64,000 bases of DNA from Leucoraja ocellata (Eukaryota), in NCBI GenBank assembly GCA_036785375.1, contig JAWMAR010000731.1, positions 496,001 to 560,000 of the forward strand, in the 5' to 3' direction. This document shows positions 28,301 to 40,300 of the stretch, one piece after another. Positions within the stretch are counted from its first letter, which is position 1. Each line of letters begins with the position of its first letter. The translations under genes and the position numbers were made by a program. The notes under the pieces are model-generated. The model had not been told where the DNA came from. It did not search any database and saw only the letters and a list, made by a program, of their open reading frames with translations.

Positions 28301-31300
28301 GATATTTAGATTTAGCTCTCAGGGCTAATTGAATCAAGGGATATGGGGAAAAAGCAGCAACTGATTTTAGATGATCAGCCATGATCATATTGAATGGCAG
28401 TGCTACCTCAAAGGGTCGAATGGCCTACTCCTGCACCTATTTTTCTCTGTTTCTATGTTTCTATTTTGTGGCTATCTTTCATTTAAACTAGCATCTTCAG
28501 TTCTTTCCTACTCATAGAAAACAGAGTTCAAATAAATATGTACTTTTTCACTGGAAGGAGGTAACTAGTGGAAAACCTCAGGGAGCAGTTCTTGGCCGCA
28601 ATTGTTCATGATTTATATTAATGATCTGAAGGGAGATGTTGTAAGCAAAATTTCCAAATTTGTTGATGGTCCAAAAAATAGATGGAAGGCCGTATTATGA
28701 TACTGCAACAGGATACAAGTATATCGAGTGAATGGGCAACATATTGGCAGATGTAGTTTAATGTGTGGAAGCTGGATTGGTAAGAGGCAGGTTATTATCT
28801 AAATGGAGAGAGACTGGAAATGATTGAAGTTCAGAGAGACATAGGTGTAATAGTAAGAACTCAAAAAAGAGTTAGGATCTCAATGGAAGGACTACAAATG
28901 AGAAGGCAAACAACATTTTGTCTCTCAAGGGATTGGAGTTTAAAAAAGGTAAGTTTTATTGCCACTTTATAGGATGATGATGAGGCCTCCTCGACTACTG
29001 CATACAGTTTTAGTCCACTGAACTAAAACTGAAGAAATATTAACTCTAGAGACATTACAAAGGATATTCACTGGCTGATTCCAGGAATGAGAGGTTGTCC
29101 TATTAATTTAGACTAAATATTTTTTGACATATTCCTTGAAGTTTAAATTCCTCTTTGGGAATAACACAACAGCCATAAATAACATTGTTCAAATTATTTG
29201 ATAATCATGCATTACATAACATAGAGGTAATTATTTTGATTTGCCACTGTCCACAGCCAATAAAGGTTTTTCTCAAGCATACCATCCTGAAATGTTTCAC
29301 CTTAGCAAGTTTGCAAAGGAGGTACCACAGGATATGGAACTCCATGTACTTGTCACACCCAATCAGTACCCCGTTCCTGGCTTCTCCCCATATCCCCTGA
29401 CTCCGCTGTTTTTAAGAGCCCTATCTACCTCTCTCTTGAAAGCATCCATTTATTTATTCCCTGATGGAAATTTCCCTTGTCTCAGGCTGAAAGGAATTCT
29501 CTCTATGTTTGTATTTTACATGTCTACAACAGCTTTTACACATTTTTAAGCTTCTTGTTAGATCTCAAATTCAACGTTCTTATTCCTTATTAATACCTCA
29601 GCCCTCCATTGCCAAATTTAGATATTTCCTCAATGTTCAAGATTTTTCTTTTTTGGCAGCATTGTATGACTTTATCTTTGATCCAATATTACCTTTAAAT
29701 GTTCCTGTCAGCCATGGTTGGACCAGTTTACCTATTTATTGTTAGTGCCTTACAAGAGATATATAATTTGTAGTAGTCAATGAAATAATGAATTCATTAA
29801 TTATTTAAATTGTCTGTTTACTGTTGTACATTTAATGTAGACTCCCAATTTACCACAATTTGCTTGTGCCTCATACCTTTGTAGTTTGCTTTGTTTAGAT
29901 TTAATACTAATTTTGGACTAAATTAAATAAATTCCCATCTCTGTATATAATTCTACCATATTTCCATCAGTCTTCCCTAAAATCCCCTTAACCACACAGT
30001 TATTTAGTTAACTTCTCACTGTAAAATACTGGATCTAAATAACCTGTTCTCTAATTGGTTTATTGACATATTTATCCATAAAACAATCTTGTACAAAGTC
30101 CTGGGACAAAGAAGATTTCTGCAGCATACGCGACTAGCTGATGCCCCTAATCCCAATAGCACTAGATGTGTGATCATTGACAGTAGGCAGCTAATGAACC
30201 TTTACAATGGTATCCAATGCTTACCTATGCTTACCAATGCCTCCTCTTTTTTCGGGAACCTGAATCAGACCCGTATAAGATGAGAAGTGACTAAGTGTAG
30301 GGGTTTACTCGATGTAGCCTCAAGCACAATGCTCTTTGATTGCTCCATAAAGAAAATACTTGCAAAATAAATTTACGATTCCATGTATCAAGGATACTTA
30401 AACAAGTGGTTTATTTCAAAGAGATTAAGACATTCTCCTAGTTTTTTTTTTATCACCGGATCACAACATTAGGCAATTATTGTGGGTCACTTTTTCCATT
30501 TTAGAAGACAAAAATACAAAGACCATTTTCTTTAGTAAGAAGAATTAACACGAGCATTTGGAAAAACCAATGATGCACAATGTTCATTTGGATATCAAAG
30601 AGCTGCTGCACAATTTCTAAGGTCCTACCTTTAATGTTCTGAGAAGAAAGGTTACTGACCTGAAATGATTACCATCTCATACCACAATTGCTGCCTGACC
30701 TGCTGAGTATTTCCAACATTTTAGATTTAATATATAATTTTGCATGTGACTTAAGAGTCAGAGAGCCATACAATGTGGAAACAAGCCCTTCAGCCCAATA
30801 GCCCACACCGGCCAACATGTCCCATCTACGTTACTCCTACCTGCCTGCGTTTGATCCATATCCCTTTAAACATGTCTTATCCACGTACCTATCTAAATGT
30901 TTCTTAAACATTGCGACTGTACCTATGTCAACTACCTCCCCCGCAGCTCCTTCCATACAACCACCAACCTTTGTATGAAAAAGTTAGCCCTCAGGTTCCT
31001 ATCACATCTTTCCCCCCTCACCTTAAACCTATGTGCTCTGGTTCTCAACTCCCCTACTCTGGGCAAGACACTCTGTGCATCTACCTGATCTATTCCTTTC
31101 GATGGATGATTTTGTACAACTCTATAAGATCACCCCTCACACTTCTGCACTCCAAGGAATAGAATCCTAGCCGGCTCAACCTCTTCCTACAGCTCAGGCA
31201 CTCGAGTCATGGCAACATCCTCGTAAATCTTCTCTGCACCCTTTCAAGCTTGATAAAATCTTTCCTATAACAGTGTCCAAAACTGAACACAATAATCTAA

Positions 31301-34300
31301 ATGCGGCCTCATCGACGTCTATACAACTGCAACATGACCTCCCAACTTCTATACTCAATACTCTGAGTGATGAAGGCCAATGTGTCAAAAGCCTTTTTGA
31401 CCACCTTATCTACCTGTGATGCCACTTTCAACACACTATGTACCTGTACTCCTAGATCCCTCTGCTCAACAACACCCCCCCCCAGAGCCCCACCATTCAT
31501 TGTGCAGGTGCTGCCTATGTTAGTGCTCACAAATTACCCCATTTCACATTTCTCTGTATTAAATTCCATTAACCATTCTTCAGCCCATCTGCTCAGCATG
31601 AGTTAACTTCCACATCACATATGAACAAGTCGTTGTGTGCCTGAGATGACTAAATAATAAATCTGTGTTGAACTGGGAAGCCACAAAGGTTAAATCCCGT
31701 TACTTACCTGGTATATGTTGGACATCCCACTATCATAGTTCTGTATTCAACCAAATAATCTCTTCCAACAGCTAATCTCCTTGATCACCAACTTTCTGAT
31801 CTCCAAACTGACACTGGCACTGACCACAGATCTCCTATTAGACCCTTATTGATCTTCAATCCCTACTGGACTCGAGATGTGATCAGACATCTTACTGCGG
31901 CCTCCTTCCCCTGGGAAGCTGAAATGCTACCTTGGGAACCATTTAAATTTGTAGTTGCAGACCACAACTTAAAATTAATATTGGCATGCCTTGCAACAGG
32001 GAGCCAAAATAACAGAAACAACTGTCCATGGAACTCGATGGTACAAGAATTATCCGGACCCCTCACTTTTCCTCGTGTGCAAGGCTTTAAAAAAGATTGG
32101 CTGGAAACAGATTCAAAATTGCAGTGTCATCTATTATTGATGTTATATAGGTTGCTTTAACTATATCATTCAGATAATGTGCTGTGGCCAAGGATGTGAG
32201 AAAGACATTACGATTTTCTCCAGGGATTGTGCAGACGGTCGATTCTGCATTAGATGTGCTATATACCTGGAGGGGTCTGGTATGACTACAGAAGAACAGA
32301 AGCAACTCCACCTGTCTCTCTTGTGTTTCTTCCCACTCTTCTTTTTTCTCTCTTTCCGTGATGATGAAGAACTTTCGCAGCTATGAAGAAAAACAAAACA
32401 TTTTAAATATAACAATTGTCTCTTTCTGAAAATACTTGCATCTAGTACAAGAAGAACCAACCAGGAAACAATGCGTCAGAAAAATAGCTTGCTGGCGTTG
32501 CAATTTTATTTACAGCAGAGGAAGACAAATCAGCAATTCTCAAGCTAGACTTCTCTACCCCTGGTGTCTTTTTTTGTGGCTTTTTATGTAAGCAAGTTTA
32601 ATGTGCTGCGTTTCACAAAATTGCCCGAGCCACATTACATTATAGTCATAGCTTCCCAATAAATGAATGAGTGGGAAGATGGAAATAGAATTTGCAGAAG
32701 AGCAAAACAAAATTAAAGTTGTTCAGGGCGTCAGGAAGTTCCTCTTTGTGCAAATGCTAATGGAAATCTGGAATGCTGACTTCACAAAGCACTGATGAAA
32801 CAGGGAGTACAAAAGTGAGCTTGATAGCTTGTATATAGAAGTGTATTAATGGATTTGGAACTAGAGAAGTAGACAGAGTTACGATGTACATCAGTTTCGA
32901 GGTACTAAATGGAAGAACAGACTCGCAGAATATAAACAGACAATCATGGACCAGGTTAGGGAGAAAACATTAAGGTTTACAGGTTGACTACATGCATGAT
33001 AATTGGAAATGCTGAGAAAGCAGTGAAACAGATGAGCAAGAGTGATTGGTAAAGAGAGAAAGCCAAGTTTCAGTCTGTAAACCACTCAAAGCACAAGAAG
33101 CCATCATGCTATTAAAACAGAAAATGTGCTGTGTCATATTGTAAATTGTGGGACAAATATCCCCATAGATAAGCAGCAAGCAGCATCAATAAAGCTCATG
33201 GGAATATCAATTGCTTGGTATTTATAGAGGAGAGTGTTTCAGGACTGCACTGCAAACAATTTTTAAGAAGGTTTTGTCTGTAATAAATCTAGTGAGGACA
33301 TTGGTTGTACTGAAACTTTGCAGTGAAAGCAGACCAGGATTGAATCTAAACAAAAAGCTGCACTGTTTGCCATGTTTTTACATTTGAACTGCGAAAAGAA
33401 CCCCATATTAGCATTATTAGTGGGGTAAGCCATTTATGATTACTTCCTACATTGATATAATGGAAATAAATGAAAGGGCATCACGTAACAAATCTTAAAA
33501 AGGTAAGAATTATCTGTCATAATTTCAGACTACAATGATCTTCCAAAACCATACTGAGTCAATGGTACAAAGGCATTCTACACCCTTTAGTTTTAGTTTG
33601 GTTTTGAGATACAGCGTGGAAACAGGCCGTTTGGCCCACTGAGTCCACACCAACCAATGATCACCTGTTTACTGGTTCTATCATAGGAACTAGGGACAAT
33701 TTCTAGAAGCCAATTAACTTACAAAACATGCATGTCTTTGAAATGTGGGAGGAAAACGTAGCAACTGAAAAAAGCCCATGCATACTCCGTATAAACAGCA
33801 AGATTGAACCCAGGTCTCTGCCGCTGTAAAGCATCAAGAATTTTTTTTTCACCCTTGTTGTAGAAATCTAGAATCACTTTTATTAAAATGCTGTGAACAC
33901 TTGGTCAATTGGAGCTATCAAGTCAGATATATAGATTCTTGTTCAGTAAGCAATCAAGAAATAGGGACTCAAGGTGTAGGACATGTACACTCCATTTTTC
34001 TGTTTTAAAGTCTTTTATTTTTATAAATTGAATATCTATAAATACTTTTTACAGATATCTATGTAGTTTTATACAATATATTAATGTCCAGTCACAGTAA
34101 CCAAACACAAAAATCCGCAATATACGGGGTTGAAAAAGGAACAGGTTTTTATGTGGTCAAAACTAGTGTTGAAAGGATTAAACCTGCACTACAAGGGAGA
34201 TTCTACACTTAGCCGCACTCTGATGAAAGGTGGCTTTCATAAATAAAACGTTTGAATGAAATGTTCTCCCCTTGTAAATCTTTTTTCAAGATTTAATTTA

Positions 34301-37300
34301 TGGGATTTTTTTATACATTTAAAAAAACTATCAAATATAAGAAACTAAAAACACCAGGAACTGCAGATGCTGTTTTATTTATTAAAAAAGGGACACAAAG
34401 TGCTGGAGTAACTCAGCAGGTTAAGCAGCATCTCTGGAGAACATGGATAGGTGATGTTTTGGGTCCGAATGCTTCTCCAGTCTCTGAATCTGCAGAAGGG
34501 ACCCGGCCTGAAACGTCCATGCTCTCCAAAGATGCTGCCCGACCAACTCAGTTGCTCCAGCACTTTGTGTCCTTTCTTTATACAAGAACCGAGAATATTT
34601 TTTTGCCTGCTTTTATTGCCTGCCCCTAACCACCTGCTGTTTACTTTTCACTTCTTCAAAGTCTGAAATGCAAAATCCACTGTTAGGTGTCACATAAGAA
34701 AGGATTTTGAAATAAAAGAGTTAACAATTTTGAACCCTGTGCAGTTTCATCTGGAAAACTAGGTGAGACGATGTTACCTTTTGGAACCTTACTGAAGCTT
34801 AATACAAACCTCCACCTGTCAAACATTGCATTCCATTGCAGCAAGATTTTTTGGAAATATGCACCAAAAATTCAACAAGCATCAAGAAAAAAGACAGATG
34901 GTTTCCTCTTGATGAATGCTTTGTACATGGATTTAATCATTCCAAGAAGGAATAGCACTTAAAAGATGCTATGATGCCTCAGTAGGTCTACTCTGGGCTC
35001 AGAACCTGAAATGACACCTCATTTTTGAAATACACAAAAAAAACCCAACTTTGTTTAATTTAATAACACAATCTACTTGTATGGTAGGTATCGACAATTC
35101 ATTATGACTAATCGTGAAGCTTCCTATCCTTTTCATGGCATCCTTATTGTACAACACCAAAAGACATTTACCGGATTTTGTAGTGCCCCGATTTCTTCTT
35201 CTTCTTCTTCTTGGGTGGTGGTGAGGGAGAACTGCTTGATTTCCTTTTCTTACTTCAGTGGCATGAGAAAAAATTATTCAGATATAAACACAATAAGTTA
35301 CTTAATGTGGGATAAGAAATCTTTACATAGGATATACAATATATAATCAGACCATATTCTCCCTGCAGATAAGATACACCTTCTCTTTAACTACTCTATC
35401 ATCACATTAATTCTCGATCATGGAAGACATGTCACAGATGCAAACTCTCAATTAATTGATCAAGACAATATAGCTTTGTCAAAGTGATGCACACAGCTGT
35501 CTAGACAGTGTTAGGTATTGTGTCAGAGCAAAAAAACACATATATTGACATACACAAGATTGGTTCCCTTCTTTTTTCACGATTGGGACCTAAACCCCAG
35601 ACAACAAAAGGTTTGTTACTGAGTAGAGACCAACTGATTCCCCACAGAAGAGGAAGGTGAATCTGCTTCAGACACATCCTATCCCTATGTCCCCTTTAAA
35701 ATTATTCTCATGTGTGCAAATTAACAGAGACAAGTGCCACGGCATGTAACAGATTCAAGCCTCATTATTGTGCTGCATATTATACTGACCTGCGCCTTCC
35801 CAAATATTGTGCTGTGAACACTAGCATCACAGAAACCAAGAGGGGAAGAGATGGTTTCACTTAACCTTTTGAATTCATTGTTGCCCAGCAAGAGATTTAT
35901 GCTCCTGTTATTTGTTCATGAAGGAAATAAAAATCTGCCCTATGTTCGGAGTTTTTAAATGTTTACCAGTGACCTCACCTCAAGACCCAATCTTCATGAG
36001 GGACTGTGCTTGATGAAGTGAGCAGAAATTTGAAAGCTGATATCAGTAAAAGTATTACACATCAGTAAAACTATCAGTGACTATAAACATTACACTGGGT
36101 GGGACATTGCAACCTTCACGTGGTCCACCCTGCTTCGACGAATGCAATCAATCTGGCGTGCACAATCAAGTAAGATCAAATAGAACAAGTTGTCCTACAA
36201 TTTTACGCTGTGCACGTCATATGCAAGAAGAAGAATTACACAAACTTCTTTGTTTCTGCATTGTGTAATTTTTCCATATTAGTCCTCCTTCTTTAGGAAA
36301 TGCAGGTTCCCATCTCTCATCATAGATGTCTCCTCGGTACCACGTAGCCCCGCCCTCGCTCCCCCTCTCCCGAGTCACAACAGAGACAAACTCTCCCTAG
36401 TCCTTGCCTTTCACCCCATCAGCCGTTGCATACAATACATAATCCATCAACATTTTCGCCACCTCCAACAGGATCCCAACACTAATCAAATCTTCCCATC
36501 TCCACCCCTTTCCGCCTTCCGCAGAGACCGTTCACTCCACAATTCCCGGGTTAACTCATCCTTTCCCAAACCACCCCCTCCCCAGGTACCTTCCCCTGCA
36601 ACCGCAGAAGATGCAACACCTGTCCCTATTCCTCCTCCCTCCACTCTGTCCAGGGACCCCAGCAGTCCTTTCACGTAAGGCAGAGGTTCACTTGAACCTC
36701 CTCCAACCTCATCTACTGTATCCGTTGTTCAAGATGTGGACTCTTATACATTGGTGAGACCAAAGGTAGACTGTGCAATCGTTTAGCTGAAAACCTTCGC
36801 TCAGTCCGCCTGAACCTACCTGATCTCCCGGTTGCTAAACACTTTATTCTCCTTCCCATTCCCACATATAGATTGGTCTCCTCCATTGTCTAAATGAGGC
36901 TAAACGCAAATTCGAGGAACAGCATTTCATATTTCGCTTGGTCAACTTCCAACCCAGTGGTATGTATATTGATTTCTCTAACGTCAGGTAGCCCCGGCAT
37001 TCCCTCTCTCTATCCCTCCCCACCCAAGTCGCACTAGCTTCTCGTTTTCACCCAACAAGCAGCTAACAATGGCCTGTTTCCTTCATCATCATTACCTTTT
37101 TGCTTATCTTTCATTCATTGTTCTTTATCTCTCTACATCCCTTATCTCACTTGTCCCTTACCAGTCTGAAGAAGGGTCTTGACCCAAAACGTCACCCATT
37201 CCTTCTCTCCAGTGTTACTGCCTGTCCTGCTGAGTTACTCCAGTTGTTTGTGTCTAACTGCAGATGCTGGTATACACATATTAAATAAGAAAATGCAACA

Positions 37301-40300
37301 AAGAAAGGAGAGTATTGTGGGAAAAGGATTAAGACTCATGGTAGCTGGTTAATTTAGTAAGAAACAGACAAGTCTGCAATAATTATAAATCAATGCTGAG
37401 CAGTGACTATTGAGCATTGTTGCCTTGTTTTTTACTCCCTGGAAGCCCACTGTTAATGTTTCAATAGCTATTGCATGTGATTAAATAAATTAGATAGCTT
37501 TGGTGCTATAATATCTGTACACATTCCATTCGAAGAAGGTTCCAAAGTACAACTGTACCATTTCTTACACCTCACAACACTTAAAATGTTTCTCACACAA
37601 TCGAAGCATAAAATTAAAATCCCATGATAATTGCAAGGCGGAGATGATTCACACTAAGTGAATGACTCACAATGCCCTTCATCACCATGGAATTTATATT
37701 TATAGGCACTGAAGCTCAGTGAGACAGCAAGAATGTCTGTTATGCTGTTGTAAAAAATTGACTCTAACTGCATGTTATAATTTTACCAGTGAGTGTCCTT
37801 TAAATTTCCAGTTCGTTTTCTATCTTATCAGGGCTTGAAAAATTAAGGTTTGATTTCCATTAACTAACTGAGAATACACACATACATAGCACAAGATCAC
37901 TTTTCATATCTATCCACTGCATTTGTCATTAATGCCATGTACTGTAAAATAGACAAATTCTCTGATTTTTTCCATCCCTCTCCCACAGATGTAAATTCAT
38001 CCATTATCAATGCCTAATCTGCGACTCTGTCCCTAACTATAAAACGTACAGTACTTCTGCACCACAGTTATGATTAAGAAAACATACATTTCACAATGAT
38101 TGACGGATTAGATTGGATAAAAGACAGTTATATGTTTTTACAAAGGCTTTTGAGGGATATTGACCAAATGCAGGCAAATGGGACAAGCCCAGGGGACAAG
38201 TAAAGGCCAAAGGGCTTGTTTCCATATCATATAGCTCGAGGACCCTATGTCAGTATTTATTCATATTTTAAAGGAACTTTCACGTGCACTTGGAACAGAT
38301 CACCCATTATTGAACTAAGTGGCAGAATGGACTCAATGTACTGTAGTTGGTGGACACCTGAAATATTGCATATTAAAGGGCTACATTTATGCAGACATCA
38401 GGACCTCTAGAGATATCAATTTCAAATTGCCAACGAGTTGTCTTTGGAGATAACAAGCAAGGTCACGGGAAGCAAGCGGATGGGATTCTCATAGCTATCT
38501 GATGGGAAAACACATGACCTTGGCTTATAATCAGCACTCATCGCTGGTCATTTTTAATTCTTTAATCCATCACGTAGAGTACAAGACAGCAATAACTATT
38601 TCTCTGAGCATTCGCTGATTTTGTGGGTGCGTCATCATACCGTGAAGCAGCTCGGATAGCAATCTTTGGTCAGTCCAGTAAGAAAAATGTTTGGGTTTTC
38701 ACCTGCAACTTACATATTATTATGTGTATTAGTGCAGAAGATGGAAGGAGGCGGCTGTGGGATGTCCATATTGGAAGTCATTGGACATTCTGTGCTCATC
38801 AGGATGTTACTACTGCAGTAAGGGCAATGTGCCATAGGTATACCAGCAAAGAATGCGTGATGATCTATAAAGCATTCTAGCCACACAGCATTGTGCTTCA
38901 TTAGAAAGTAGAAGAGCATGAGGAGTATGAGGAAGATCCTTGCATTGTCATTTTGGTGCATTGAAAGAATAGCCACCAACAAAGAACATCAAATGTCTTC
39001 ATCTTACAAGTGCTCATAGGTCTTCATTTAGGGCTTGCACATTATGCATGCAGCTTTGTATTGAAAGCGTCATCACCTCCTCAATCACAGTCTGGTACGG
39101 AAACACTGACAGTCACTCACTACACAGATTACAGCGCATTGTCTCCAAGGCCTCCAGGATCATCAACTCCCCCCTCCCCTCAATCCATTCCATTTACCTC
39201 CAACGTACCTCAAAAGGGGCAATAAAGATCATCTCGGACCCCTCCCATCCAGCAAACCACCTTTTCCAGTCTCTCCCATCAGGGAGGCGCCTCAGGTCAC
39301 TTGCTACAAAATCCACCCGCTTTAAAAACAGTTTCTTCCCCTCAGCAATAAGAACACTCAATTCCCTCCAATAACAGACAATACTAAGGACTTTTGATGT
39401 ATACAGTGTCTTGTCTATGGTATTTGTTTGTTCTTTTGCACTATGTATTGTTGGTGAGATTTGTGATTTGGTATGGATGCACTTTATTACTGTGATCTGT
39501 GTTGTTATTAGTGTTAATGTGACTAAAGCAGTGTACCATCATGTACCGAACCCAGATACCACCAACCCTGGTCNNNNNNNNNNNNNNNNNNNNNNNNNNN
39601 NNNNNNNNNNNNNNNNNNNNNNNNNNNNNNNNNNNNNNNNNNNNNNNNNNNNNNNNNNNNNNNNNNNNNNNNNNNNNNNNNNNNNNNNNNNNNNNNNNNN
39701 NNNNNNNNNNNNNNNNNNNNNNNNNNNNNNNNNNNAAGATATCTTCTACTATGCCTTTTGGTAGCACAGCCAGAGGATTGTATGTGCATTGCAGTCTTTC
39801 TCAAAGCTAATGCATGTACAGACTACACGCATGCAGTATTACACCTAGCAGAGACCATTTTGCAACCTCTTAGCAAGAACATGTGGCAGAGGAGACAAAG
39901 ATTGCAAAGAATGTTGCAGAAATTACAGCATTCCAGACAGAAATAAGCACCACTCCTTTTGCATTGCCTGCATCGTGCACCTTTCTTTTCTTACTGTGCC
40001 TGTGTCTCTGGCTTCTTTATCCTGGACAACAACTTTGATGTTGGGCAATGTGGTTGCTGACAACATTTCTTGTTGATTGTCAACAGGTAACCCTTCTAGT
40101 TGATGAACAGTCCTTAATGATCTGCAGTAAGCCAGAATCATGTTGTCAATTATACGCAGTCTTTGTGGAAAACTGGCAAAAGTCACGTACTCTATCTCAT
40201 CCTGACGAGCTGCATTGCAGCAAAATTGACAAAACTGGTCACTCTGGAAAACAAAGTACTGGTCACCTTACTTCTGCATTAATACCTGATAGGGGGTTTA

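Noticed and set aside
38640-38702. Minus-strand peptide DCYPSCF resembling SRRM3 DCPASCY, and a degenerate RE1-like aagcagctcggatagc
   Set aside because: Splice phases do not fit the gene model and the RE1 match has several core mismatches.
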